From Bifidobacteriaceae bacterium (lineage in GTDB: Bacteria > Actinomycetota > Actinomycetes > Actinomycetales > WQXJ01), in contig JAISSX010000043.1 in NCBI GenBank assembly GCA_031272885.1, positions 9,851-73,850 of the forward strand: DNA of 64,000 bases, written 5' to 3'. This document shows, in pieces, positions 10,307 to 19,419 of this stretch. Made by a program: the position numbers and the translations under genes. Position 1 is the stretch's first letter, and each line of letters begins with the position of its first letter. The notes under the pieces were generated by a model. That model made no database searches. It saw nothing but the letters and a program-made list of their open reading frames with translations, and was not told the origin of the DNA.

Positions 10307-10620
10307 GTCGAAACTGCACTGGCAGGGAACCGGACGCCATCGGACACGGGCCTGTGACCTGGACAAACGCGCAGGCCCGGAGGCTTGGCGGGGCTCAGGT
10401 CGTGTCGAAACTGCACGGATTTACGGACCGGCGCAAGTCCGCGCAATTCTGCACTGGCACGGAACCGGACGTCGTCGGACGCGGACCTGTGACCTGCGGA
10501 AACGCTTCCGCTCCGAAGGTGGGTAGGGCTGAGGTCGGGTCGAAACTGCACGGATTTACGGACCGGCGCAAATCCGAGCAATTCTGCACTGGCAGGGAAC
10601 TGGACGCCATCGGACGCGGC
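10307..10620. repeat. Tandem repeat C: 135-bp unit, about 2.3 copies
   Basis: CTGCACTGGCA.GGAAC.GGACG at 10314, 10449, 10584; GTCGAAACTGCACGGATTTACGGACCGGCGCAA at 10404 and 10539. Confidence 0.9.
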
Positions 10621-10635
10621 CCAGGGACGGAGTCA

Positions 10636-10955
10636 TCCAATCCGCCAAATCCGGTGTTTCGGGTCATCGAGTCCGCTTGTTTCGGTGGGGTTTGCCGTCG
10701 AGTCCATCAAATCCGGTGCTTACGGGCTCGGCCGAGACAGTGAAAGCCCAGGTCACAGGGTTGAGGCCGGATCGGGCAACACCGGAAAAAGCGGACTCGA
10801 CGCGAAACCACGCCAGATCTGGCGGACTCGATGACCTCAAACACCGGATCTGGCGGACTCGATGACCTCAAACACCGAATCAGGCGGACTCGATGACCGC
10901 AAACACCACAATTAGCGGACTCGATGACCCAAGACACCAGAATTGACGGACTCAA
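10636..10955. repeat. Palindromic array D: 10-bp core, 31-bp period, 3 left and 6 right copies around a central CAGGTCA motif
   Basis: TCGAGTCCGC-like at 10636, 10667, 10698; GCGGACTCGA-like at 10791, 10822, 10853, 10884, 10915, 10946. Confidence 0.9.
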
Positions 10956-11056
10956 CAACCGTCAGGTGGTCGAACCACCCCCGCCCAAGCCGCTGGGCGC
11001 GGCCAGCCGTACCAGGTTGGGGCACCGCGCGTGCTCGGTGTCGGAGAGGTACAAGA

Positions 11057-11093
11057 TGTCATCCCCGGGGTGCAAATGAAGCCTGGGATGACA
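11057..11093. repeat. REP-like hairpin
   Basis: TGTCATCCC...GGGATGACA inverted arms. Confidence 0.55.
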
Positions 11094-11185
11094 CACACTG
11101 GTTGAAGGGATGCGGAGGTTCCCCGTCGTGACCAGGGACGATGCTGAGGTTCCTGGTCGTGACCGACGCCTGCCCGTTGGGCGGG

Positions 11186-11357
11186 CGAGATGCCGGGTCA
11201 AGCGCGGGATGAAGAACAACCAAGCCAGGTATGACCCTTTAGGGGAAGGCCGCGCCGGCGGGGTGCCCGCGGGGCCGAGATACCGGGTCAAGCGCGGAAT
11301 GAGGAACAACCAAGCCAGGTATGACCCTTAAGGGAGAAGGCCCCGCCGGCGGGGCGC
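11186..11357. repeat. 90-bp tandem duplication carrying a REP-like palindrome (GAT.CCGGGTCAAGCGCGG.ATGA)
   Basis: Units start at 11186 and 11276; a related palindrome occurs at about 19373-19396. Confidence 0.8.
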
Positions 11358-11370
11358 CGGCGGGGCCTTC
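11336..11370 (-). terminator. GC-rich hairpin downstream of YDG protein 1
   Basis: Perfect 15-bp stem GAAGGCCCCGCCGGC/GCCGGCGGGGCCTTC. Confidence 0.75.
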
Positions 11371-11397
11371 GGTTAGGGCAGGGTCAGGATTCAGCCG

Positions 11398-14322
11398 TCA
11401 GTTCTGCTCCGGGTCGGTGGCCGATGCCGGGGCGTCAGCCACGGCATCGGCTGCGGCACCGGCTTCGGCCGGCTCAACCACGGGCTCAACCACCGGCCCG
11501 GCATCGACCGGCTCAGAACCGGCCGGATCAACCGCCGGCTCTGCCTCAAGCTCGGCCTCACCGGCCGGGTCCGGCTCCGGCTCACCCTCGTCCCCGCCAA
11601 CCGGCAGGGCATCGGGCGCCACGTCCTCTTCGCGAGCCGCCTCGTCAGGCGCCGACACGGCATCGGCCACCGGCTTGACGTCTTCCTGCGGGTCCGATGG
11701 ATCACCCACCGGAACCACGTCATCGGCCACCGGCTCGTCAACCGGCCCACCAACAGAACCCAGCGGCGCGGTGTTCGCCCCAACGTTAACCGGCTCCAGG
11801 ATCACCATGATGACGGTGACGTTCGCGGAGGGACTGTTGTAGTTGTTCACCCGCGGTGTGCCGTCTGAATACCGCGTGGAGTAGACTCCGAAGCCCTTTG
11901 CAGTGCCCTGGTAGGTGCCGGGATCGGCACTCGGATAGGCCGAAATGCTCCCGGTGTCCAGAATCAGGTACAGCCCGCCCACATCCACCGGCGCGAGGCC
12001 GTCCTCCGAATGGCCGGTCCGCACAATTGAGGCGCCAGACAACGACGTGTTGCCGTCCCAGGCCTTGGTGACCGTGTACTCCACGGTGGCGCTCCAGTCC
12101 CGCTTGGCGATGGATGCCGTGGCAGTGGGCGCGCCAGCCAGCTTGTAGTTGCCGGCCGCCGTCCCTTCCAACTGGTAGCCCCCAAGGAGCACCGGCAGGT
12201 CATTGCCGGCATACCCCTTGGTGAAATAGGCCCACGCTTCGCTGGTGTCCAGGGTCACGTTGTCGTTGCCCACGATGCCGCTCGCGTCGAGCGAGCCCCA
12301 GTCACTCATCGTGACCGAAGGAGTACCGTCATAAACCCGGTCCTGCGCCACGGCGCCAATCACCGACAACGGCTTCGGCGTGATGACCGCGGTCATGGTG
12401 AACGTTTCAGGCAGCTCGTAGTTGCTCGCGCTACCCTCCGTAAAGGAGGCGATCAGGTCCGCACCGGTGACGCCAGACCCAGCATCGTGACTGCCGGCGT
12501 TAGCGTCGACGGACCAGAGGCTCGGGAACACATAACCGACCGTGAACTGATCGTTGCCAACCAGACCGCCAACAGTCACCTGGCGTTCATTCAATACCCA
12601 ATGAAGCAAGCCGTCGCCGTCATACACCTTGGTCAAGGTCAGGTCGATGGTGAGCGGCTTGGGCTGGATGACATCCTGGCGGGTGAAGGTAGACGCCAGG
12701 ACGTAGTTGTGGCCACCGTTGTCGCTGCCGCCTGTAATCTGCAGCAAGCCGCCATTTGGCTCACCTTCGGAGAGGTAGGTGCCGACCGCCGTCGAACTGG
12801 CATACCAAGGCACTGGCAGACAGCTCACATCCAAGGTGTCGCCGCTGACCAGGCCGTCCGTCACCTCGACCCGCTGATCGTAGCTGGGCGACATGAACGA
12901 GTAGCCGTCGTAGAACTTGGTCCGGATAACCTTCGCCTGGACTTCCTTCGGGTCGATGCCGGCCTGCAGCGGCTCGACCGCCAGACGGTAGTTGGCGGCA
13001 TCGTCACCCGTCAGCGACAGCCCGGTCACGGTGACCGGCTTGTCTTCGCCGGCGTTCTTCGTGTCGAACTGGCCGATGGCGTCCCCCACCAGGTCAACTT
13101 CGTCCGGCTCGATGACGCCCACCAGGTCGCCGTCACCGGTCACATCGGTGGTGGTGTCGCCGTCGTAGGTCTTGTTCTGGGCCGTCAGGCCGGTCACGGT
13201 CACCGGCTTCTGGGTGATGTTGCCAACCGGTTGGGTCACCGTGAAGTAATACTTGTGGGCGTCGGCGCCGGTCAGGCTGAACTGGCCTGGGTCAACCGTG
13301 ACGCCGATCTCGTTGCCGGCGTTCGGGCTGGCAAACTCGCCTTCCAGGGTGGCCTGGACGGTTTCGACCGTGACGTCGTCGCCGTCTTGGATACCGTCCA
13401 CGAACTCGCTGGTGGAGGCGAAGACGATGCCGTCCGCGGCGGTGGCGCCATCGTACGTTTTGTCTTCTACCTGCGGGTTCAAGGTCAGTTCGTAACGCTG
13501 GTCAACCGCTTCGACCGTGTAGGTCAGGTGGAACGAATCCACAGCCGTATTCGGGTCGATGGTGGCGGTCAGGGTGCCGTTGACATGGCCGGTGCCGTCC
13601 GGGTTGTCAACCGACATGACCGGGGCCAGGTCACCGGTGAGTGGCTGCCCGTCCACCGCGAAAGTGATGCCGGCGGGGGCGTCGATCCGGCCTTGCACCC
13701 CGAAGTAGGTGGACGCGCCCGGCAGGTCAACCGTGAAGTTGGCCTGGCCGTTCAGGGCTTCGGCTTTGTCGATGGTGATGACAATGTCACCGTCGGTTTC
13801 GACTGTGCCCGCCGTGCCGGCCGGTTCGGCCGCCCAGGCGGTGAACGAACCGGCCACTGCCAGGCCGGCCGCGCCGGCCACGATCAGGGCCGTCTTGGGC
13901 AGGAAGGTCTTGCCGTCGTTCTTGCGCTTGGCGCCCCACAGCAGCAGGCCACCGGCCGCCAGCGCGCCCAGGCCGAAGGCGCCCAGGCGCGGGTCGAAGC
14001 CCGTGTAGGGCAAGCTGCCGGTGGTGCCGGCCGTGTCGGCAGTGTCCGTGCCGGCAGTGTCCGTGCCGGCCGGGTCGGTGCCGGCCGCGCCGCCGCTGAC
14101 GCCGGCATCAGGGTCATTGGTGTCAGTGATAGTAGTGCCGGCGTTCTGGCCGGACGTGTCGCCGCCTTGGGCGGGTTGTTCTCCGGGTGGGGTCGAATCG
14201 ATGACGTTGACCACCACGTCAAGGTCTTGGCTGGTGCCGTCGCCGGCGGCTGTGGCTGCTTGCGCAGTCAAACCGACCAGACCAGCGGCCGCCAGAGCTA
14301 GGCCTAACAGTTGCTTCCTCAT
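11398..14322 (-). CDS. YDG-repeat surface protein 1 with N-proximal LPYTG sorting signal and second signal peptide
   Basis: Signal peptide; LPYTG at 13999-14013 followed by TM and KRK; second hydrophobic segment ending TAWA; about 6 (K/R)xYDG-type repeats; acidic tail. Confidence 0.85.
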   Translation of the reverse strand: MRKQLLGLALAAAGLVGLTAQAATAAGDGTSQDLDVVVNVIDSTPPGEQPAQGGDTSGQNAGTTITDTNDPDAGVSGGAAGTDPAGTDTAGTDTADTAGTTGSLPYTGFDPRLGAFGLGALAAGGLLLWGAKRKNDGKTFLPKTALIVAGAAGLAVAGSFTAWAAEPAGTAGTVETDGDIVITIDKAEALNGQANFTVDLPGASTYFGVQGRIDAPAGITFAVDGQPLTGDLAPVMSVDNPDGTGHVNGTLTATIDPNTAVDSFHLTYTVEAVDQRYELTLNPQVEDKTYDGATAADGIVFASTSEFVDGIQDGDDVTVETVQATLEGEFASPNAGNEIGVTVDPGQFSLTGADAHKYYFTVTQPVGNITQKPVTVTGLTAQNKTYDGDTTTDVTGDGDLVGVIEPDEVDLVGDAIGQFDTKNAGEDKPVTVTGLSLTGDDAANYRLAVEPLQAGIDPKEVQAKVIRTKFYDGYSFMSPSYDQRVEVTDGLVSGDTLDVSCLPVPWYASSTAVGTYLSEGEPNGGLLQITGGSDNGGHNYVLASTFTRQDVIQPKPLTIDLTLTKVYDGDGLLHWVLNERQVTVGGLVGNDQFTVGYVFPSLWSVDANAGSHDAGSGVTGADLIASFTEGSASNYELPETFTMTAVITPKPLSVIGAVAQDRVYDGTPSVTMSDWGSLDASGIVGNDNVTLDTSEAWAYFTKGYAGNDLPVLLGGYQLEGTAAGNYKLAGAPTATASIAKRDWSATVEYTVTKAWDGNTSLSGASIVRTGHSEDGLAPVDVGGLYLILDTGSISAYPSADPGTYQGTAKGFGVYSTRYSDGTPRVNNYNSPSANVTVIMVILEPVNVGANTAPLGSVGGPVDEPVADDVVPVGDPSDPQEDVKPVADAVSAPDEAAREEDVAPDALPVGGDEGEPEPDPAGEAELEAEPAVDPAGSEPVDAGPVVEPVVEPAEAGAAADAVADAPASATDPEQN

Positions 14323-14372
14323 GGCTCGCTTTCTTGTAGATGGAAACTGCCATTACCCACAACTGCGCCTTG

Positions 14373-14448
14373 GCGGCCAACATTCCCGCCAGCGAACAGA
14401 TATTCCTACAGGCGAACACACCGCCACTACCAGGGCAAAGAAGCAGCC
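14373..14448 (-). promoter_or_regulatory. Upstream block conserved between YDG genes 1 and 2
   Basis: Closely matches about 18511-18588; GCGAACA direct repeats 20 bp apart in both copies. Confidence 0.6.
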
Positions 14449-14471
14449 CCGGAACCGTCTCCTGGAGCCAA

Positions 14472-14510
14472 GAAGGCCCCGCCGGTGCTTGGTGCACCGG
14501 CGGGGCCTTC
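14472..14510 (-). terminator. GC-rich hairpin downstream of YDG protein 2
   Basis: Perfect 17-bp stem GAAGGCCCCGCCGGTGC/GCACCGGCGGGGCCTTC. Confidence 0.78.
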
Positions 14511-14523
14511 GGTTAGGGCTGGG

Positions 14524-17500
14524 TCAGGATTCAGCAGTCAGTTCTGCCTCCAGGGCGGTGGGCGATGGCGCGGCCTCGGCCACGGCATCGACCGCCACAC
14601 CGGTTTCGGTTGGCTCAGGGTCGACCGACTCAGGTGCCGGCTCGGTGGCGGCCGGCGCCGGGTCAGCGCTGCCCTCCCCCTCCGGCACGGCATCGCCTTC
14701 CGGCTCTGGATCCGGCTCGCCCTCGTCCCCACCAACCGGCAGGACGTCAGGCTCCACATCCTCTTCCCGGGCCGCCTCGTCAGGCAACGAGGCGCCATCG
14801 GCCAACGGCTTGACGTCCTCCTGCGGGTCCGACGGATCCCCCGCCGGCACCACGTCATCGACCACCGGCACGTCCGCCGGCGCCAACGTCAAACCCATCG
14901 GCGTTATCGCAGCCAGGCTCTGCACCGGGGCCGGATTGATGATCATGGTCAGGGCGAAGTAGAAGGTGGGCCAGTTGTAAGAGTCGTAAATGAAACTGCC
15001 GTCCGGGCGGTAGGTCCCCCACACCGTGCAGTGCTCAACGCCGCCTTGGTAAGTGCCGACCTCGGGACTCGGGAACGGGAAGATGTACTTGAGCTCGAGG
15101 TACCCCCACATCCTGCCTTCATCCGCCGGCGCCAGGCCAGAGGTGGAATGGCTGGTCTGAACCAGTTCAGCGCCATCCACCGACGTGTTGCCGTCGTATG
15201 TCTTGGTAAGGGTGTAGGCCACGTTGATGGTCCAATCCCGTTTGGCGATCGAGGCCGTGGTAGTGGCGGTGTCCGCCAACTGGTAGTTGCCGGCCGCAGT
15301 CCCTTCCAGCTTGTAACCCGTCAGGGCCACCTGCCTGTCGTTACCGGCGTACCAGTTGACGAACCGAGCCGTCACGCCGCTGGTCACCAAGGTCACATCA
15401 TCGCTGCCGACAACGCCACCGTCTTCCAAGGTGCCGCGGTTGGTAATCAGGTTGGTGGCCTCATCGGTGCCGTCATAAACCCGGCCGTTCACGGCGGCGC
15501 CAACCACCGACAAGGGCTTCCGCGTGATCACCTCGGTGTGAAGGAAGGTGGACGCTAGAACGTAGTTGTTGGTTGCGTTCTCACTGCCACCCACCACCCG
15601 CAGATCGATGTCCGAAGGACCGGACCAAGTGTAGGAACCGACGTTGGGTGAACTCCCCCAACCTCCGGCGATGCAATCCACCTGCAAGGTGTCGTTGCCG
15701 ATCAGGCCAGACGCCACCTTGACCTGCTGGTTGTCGGTCGACCGGAGCCAAATGCTGCCGTCGTAGACCTTGGTCCGAGTGACCTCCACCTTGACTTCCC
15801 TTGGCTTGATGTCACCGGTCAACACGGCGCTGTTGCTCACCAACCGATAGTTGCCGCTGGCGGCGCCTTGCAGCGAAATACTGGACACGTCAACGCTCTT
15901 GCCGTCACCGGCGTTGGCGTCCCTGAACTGGGCTGCCTGCGCCGATGCCGCTATGGAAACCTGGCCGCGATCCTGATCGAACAGGCCGTTGATCTCCGCG
16001 TTGGCCGTCACCAAAGTGGCGCTGGTAGTGCCGTCATACGTCTTGTTTTCAGCCGACAACCCCGACACAGACACCGACCGTTTCGTGATCTGGCCAGTGA
16101 ACAACGTGTAAGAGTCATCCAACCTGTAGTTCTTCGCCTGATCACCAGTCAAAGACAAACCCGTATAAGTAACCCACTTGTTGGAGCCCACGTTCTTGTC
16201 GTCAAACGTCGCTACCGGGCTACCAGTCAACCCCACAGTCTCGCCCTTGACCACACCAGTCAACGACGGTGAACCCTGCAGGGACGCAACCCTGGTCCCG
16301 TCATATGTCTTGGACACCGGCGTGTAGCCATCGATGCCCAAAGACTTCTGCCAAATGGTCCGCTGGAACGTCAACGTCTGCAACGCATAGTTACCAGCAT
16401 CGTCACCCTCAAGAGACAGGCCAGTCACAGTGACCGTCTTGTCCTCACCCGCATCCTTGGTGTCGAACGTGCCCACTGCGTAGCCTTCCACCGTCACCTT
16501 GTCGTTCGTCACCACACCATCCAGACCGGGCAGGCCGAACATCGAAGCCTCCCGGGTGCCGTCATAGGCCCGGTTCGACACTTGCACACCAGTCACCGTG
16601 ACCGGCTTCTTCGTGATATCAGCCCGCAGAGTGAGTTGCTCCAACTCATAGTTGCCGGCGTCATCGCCCTCCAACGACAAACCAGTCACAGTGACCGTCT
16701 TGCCCGTAGCGGCCTGCTTGTCACCGAACGTGCCCTCAGGGGTGCCCACCAGGTCGACGTGGTCTTGCGGGACCGCACCCACCAAGGCTGCGTCACCATC
16801 CAAACTGGCTGTGGTGCCGCCGTCATAGGTCTTGCTGTTGGCCCGCAGGGCATCAACCGTGACCGGCTTCTTCGACACATCCGCACCGGACTGCGGCAAA
16901 GTCAAGAAATAGTTGTGGGCGTCCGGGCCATCAAGCTCCAAACCACTGACCGTGACCGGCTTGTTTTCACCCGCGTTCTTGTCATCGAACTGGCCGACAG
17001 CGTGACCCACCAGACCAACCTCGTCCGGTTCGATCACACCCACCAGGCCGCCATCACCCAACACCGTTGCGTCGGTGCCACCGTCATAGACCCTGTCATC
17101 AGCCTGCAAACCCGTAACCGTCAACTCGGCCGGGTCGATGACCGCCATGTTCGAATCAATACCTACCAGTTCATAGTTGCCGGCCTGGGCACCCACCAGG
17201 ACACCCCCTTCGTCGTCCCCAGACAGGACACACTCGGTGGCATGCTCACCCGCGTCCTCACCGTCAAGGTCTTCCGTACCGACATAGACACAAGCCACGC
17301 CATCAGACACCGCGACCTCGTCCTCACCGACAATGCCATCAAGAACCAGGCCACCCCGGTCTGCCCGGTTGTTACCGTCATAGGTTTTCCCGAACACCTC
17401 AGTCGTGGCCGTGACCGGTTTCGGTGTGATCCGGCCCTCCGGTTGAATGACCGTGAAGAAATACTTGTGGGCGTCCGCACCGGTCAAGCTGAACTGGGAA

Positions 17501-18459
17501 GGGTCCACCGTGACGCCGATGCCGCTGCCCGCGTTCGCGTCAGCGAACACACCCTCCAAGGAGTCCCCAGCCTCGACCGTCACCTGGTCGCCGTCTTGGA
17601 TACCGTCCACGAACTCTGCCGTGGAGGCGAACACGACCGTGTCCGTGGCGGTGGCGCCATCGTACGTTTTGTCTTCTACCTGCGGGGTGAGGGTCAACTC
17701 GTGGCGTTGATCAACCGCTTCGACCGTGTAGACGAGGTGGAACGAATCGACTGGCGTGTCCGGGCCGATCATCGCCACCAGGGTGCCCTCGACATGGCCC
17801 GTCGCTTCCGGGTTCTCGACCAACATGACCTGGCCTAGGTCACCCGTAACCGGCTGCCCACCCACCGTGAACTGGACACCCTCCGGGGCGTTGATCCGGC
17901 CTTGCAAACCAAAAAACGTCGAAGCGCCCGGCAGGTCGGCTTCGAAGACTGCCTGGCCGGTCAGGGTTTCGGCCTTGTCGATCGTGATAAGCAGGTCACC
18001 GTCCGTGTCGACCGTGTTGTTCTGGTCAATCGCCCACGACGTGAACGAACCAGCCGCGACCAGACCGGCCGCACCAGCCACGATCAACGCCGTCTTAGGC
18101 AAGGACCTTTTCCCGTTGTTCTTCCGTTTCACACCCCACAACAACAGGCCACCAGCCGCCATCGCCCCTAAACCCAGCACACCCAGACGCGGATCAAACC
18201 CCGTATAGGGCAGGGCCCCGGTCGTGGCCGAACCGCCCTCGCCCGTCCCAGTAGACGCGTCGCCGGCGCTGCTGGGGTTGGCGTCTTGACCAGACTTATC
18301 GCTATCCGGTTCGAGTTCTTCAGGTGGGGTCGAATCGATCACGTTGACCACCACGTCAAAGTCCTGACTGGTGGCGTCATCCGCAGCGGTGGCTGCCTGC
18401 GCGGTCAAACCGACCAGGCCCGCGGCCGCCAACGCTAGACCCAACAAATGCTTCTTCAC
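14524..18459 (-). CDS. YDG-repeat surface protein 2 with N-proximal LPYTG and second signal peptide
   Basis: Likely GTG start (VKKHLLGLALAAAG) behind AAGGGAG; LPYTG at 18199-18213; about 10 YDG repeats. Confidence 0.85.
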   Translation of the reverse strand: MKKHLLGLALAAAGLVGLTAQAATAADDATSQDFDVVVNVIDSTPPEELEPDSDKSGQDANPSSAGDASTGTGEGGSATTGALPYTGFDPRLGVLGLGAMAAGGLLLWGVKRKNNGKRSLPKTALIVAGAAGLVAAGSFTSWAIDQNNTVDTDGDLLITIDKAETLTGQAVFEADLPGASTFFGLQGRINAPEGVQFTVGGQPVTGDLGQVMLVENPEATGHVEGTLVAMIGPDTPVDSFHLVYTVEAVDQRHELTLTPQVEDKTYDGATATDTVVFASTAEFVDGIQDGDQVTVEAGDSLEGVFADANAGSGIGVTVDPSQFSLTGADAHKYFFTVIQPEGRITPKPVTATTEVFGKTYDGNNRADRGGLVLDGIVGEDEVAVSDGVACVYVGTEDLDGEDAGEHATECVLSGDDEGGVLVGAQAGNYELVGIDSNMAVIDPAELTVTGLQADDRVYDGGTDATVLGDGGLVGVIEPDEVGLVGHAVGQFDDKNAGENKPVTVSGLELDGPDAHNYFLTLPQSGADVSKKPVTVDALRANSKTYDGGTTASLDGDAALVGAVPQDHVDLVGTPEGTFGDKQAATGKTVTVTGLSLEGDDAGNYELEQLTLRADITKKPVTVTGVQVSNRAYDGTREASMFGLPGLDGVVTNDKVTVEGYAVGTFDTKDAGEDKTVTVTGLSLEGDDAGNYALQTLTFQRTIWQKSLGIDGYTPVSKTYDGTRVASLQGSPSLTGVVKGETVGLTGSPVATFDDKNVGSNKWVTYTGLSLTGDQAKNYRLDDSYTLFTGQITKRSVSVSGLSAENKTYDGTTSATLVTANAEINGLFDQDRGQVSIAASAQAAQFRDANAGDGKSVDVSSISLQGAASGNYRLVSNSAVLTGDIKPREVKVEVTRTKVYDGSIWLRSTDNQQVKVASGLIGNDTLQVDCIAGGWGSSPNVGSYTWSGPSDIDLRVVGGSENATNNYVLASTFLHTEVITRKPLSVVGAAVNGRVYDGTDEATNLITNRGTLEDGGVVGSDDVTLVTSGVTARFVNWYAGNDRQVALTGYKLEGTAAGNYQLADTATTTASIAKRDWTINVAYTLTKTYDGNTSVDGAELVQTSHSTSGLAPADEGRMWGYLELKYIFPFPSPEVGTYQGGVEHCTVWGTYRPDGSFIYDSYNWPTFYFALTMIINPAPVQSLAAITPMGLTLAPADVPVVDDVVPAGDPSDPQEDVKPLADGASLPDEAAREEDVEPDVLPVGGDEGEPDPEPEGDAVPEGEGSADPAPAATEPAPESVDPEPTETGVAVDAVAEAAPSPTALEAELTAES

Positions 18460-18684
18460 GGCTCTACTCCCTTGTGGTTGGACACTTCCGCCAGCCACAA
18501 CCACACCCCGGCAGCCAACATTTCCCCAAGCGAACACATATCCCTACAAGCGAACACGCCACCACCACCAGTGCAAAGAAACAGCCCCAGCCAGACAATT
18601 CCCGGCGTTGCAGGCGAGCACCTGGCTCCCCAATGCGTGTCGACGCAGCGCAGCGGAGGAGACGCGCCAGGCAAGCATGGCGCC

Positions 18685-18783
18685 CTTCGGGTTCCGGGGC
18701 TCCGCCCCGGAACCCGTGCGGGCAAGCACCACCTGGCAGCCACCCAAGGAAGATCACGCACCTTGGGTGCACCAAGCCAGGTG
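18685..18783. repeat. Two small palindromic elements
   Basis: CGGGTTCCGGGGCTCCGCCCCGGAACCCG hairpin and CACCTGGC..CACCCAAGG...CCTTGGGTG..GCCAGGTG inverted repeat. Confidence 0.6.
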
Positions 18784-18955
18784 ACCACATCCTCTAGGTG
18801 CGCGTTGACGTGTTGGGTGGCCGCCCGGCGCTGTTGGCAGGGTGAGAGGGTACGAACAGGAACCCTGACAGGCCATCCCAGAACAACCGAGAGGCCTGGT
18901 CGCCTTGGGGCACGCAACGGTCTCCACTGTTGGGCCCAACCTGCCCCATGGCTCA

Positions 18956-19181
18956 TCGACTCCGCCCTATCTGGTGTTTGCCGTCATCGAATCCGCCGAA
19001 TTCGGTGGGGTTTCGCACCGATTCCATCAAATCTGGCGTCGCCGAACCCAACCTAAGAAGTGAAACCCCAGGTCAGAGACTCGGGCCGGCATCGGGCAAC
19101 ACCGGAAAGGCGGACTCGACGCCAAACCCCGCCAGATCCGGCGGATTCGATAACCCGACACACCACAATTGACGGACTCGA
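18956..19181. repeat. Second copy of array D (3 left and 3 right copies, 31-bp period)
   Basis: Left cores at 18956, 18987, 19018; centre TGAAACCCCAGGTCA; right cores at 19110, 19141, 19172. Confidence 0.88.
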
Positions 19182-19243
19182 TCACCGCCAGCGCCAGGGT
19201 TCGTCCGATTGGGCCACTTGGCCCAGCCGGGCGGTTCCACGGG

Positions 19244-19312
19244 TTACGGGGGACGGTTCCGCGTAACGTGGGCGACGGGGTCGCCCGGGTTACACGGAAC
19301 CGTCCCCCGTAA
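19244..19312. repeat. REP-like inverted repeat with 24-bp arms (1 mismatch) and inner hairpin
   Basis: TTACGGGGGACGGTTCCGCGTAAC / GTTACACGGAACCGTCCCCCGTAA enclosing GGGCGAC-GGG-GTCGCCC. Confidence 0.8.
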
Positions 19313-19335
19313 TGCCCCCTGCGCCCTGCATGTGA

Positions 19336-19396
19336 AAGGCCCCGCCCGTGCTTGATGCACTGGCGGGGCCGAGATCCCGGGTCAAGCCCGGATGAC
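19336..19396 (-). terminator. Terminator-like hairpin plus REP-like palindrome downstream of YDG protein 3
   Basis: GGCCCCGCC.GTGC...GCAC.GGCGGGGCC followed by GATCCCGGGTCAAGCCCGGATGAC. Confidence 0.65.
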
Positions 19397-19419
19397 CTTA
19401 ATTGATGACCGGGATGACC

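Noticed and set aside
9665-10955. CRISPR array
   Set aside because: Cores are only 10-20 bp, orientation flips mid-array, several spacers are duplicated, and there is no leader or cas gene in the window.
9363-11331. Short ORFs across the repeat region (e.g. 9363-9899, 9511-10017, 10354-10743)
   Set aside because: They are translations of DNA repeats on both strands, with no RBS or recognisable domain.
13830-14322. Idea that the LPYTG stalk and YDG part are separate genes joined by a sequencing error
   Set aside because: The junction is open and conserved in frame in all three paralogs, with no internal stop.
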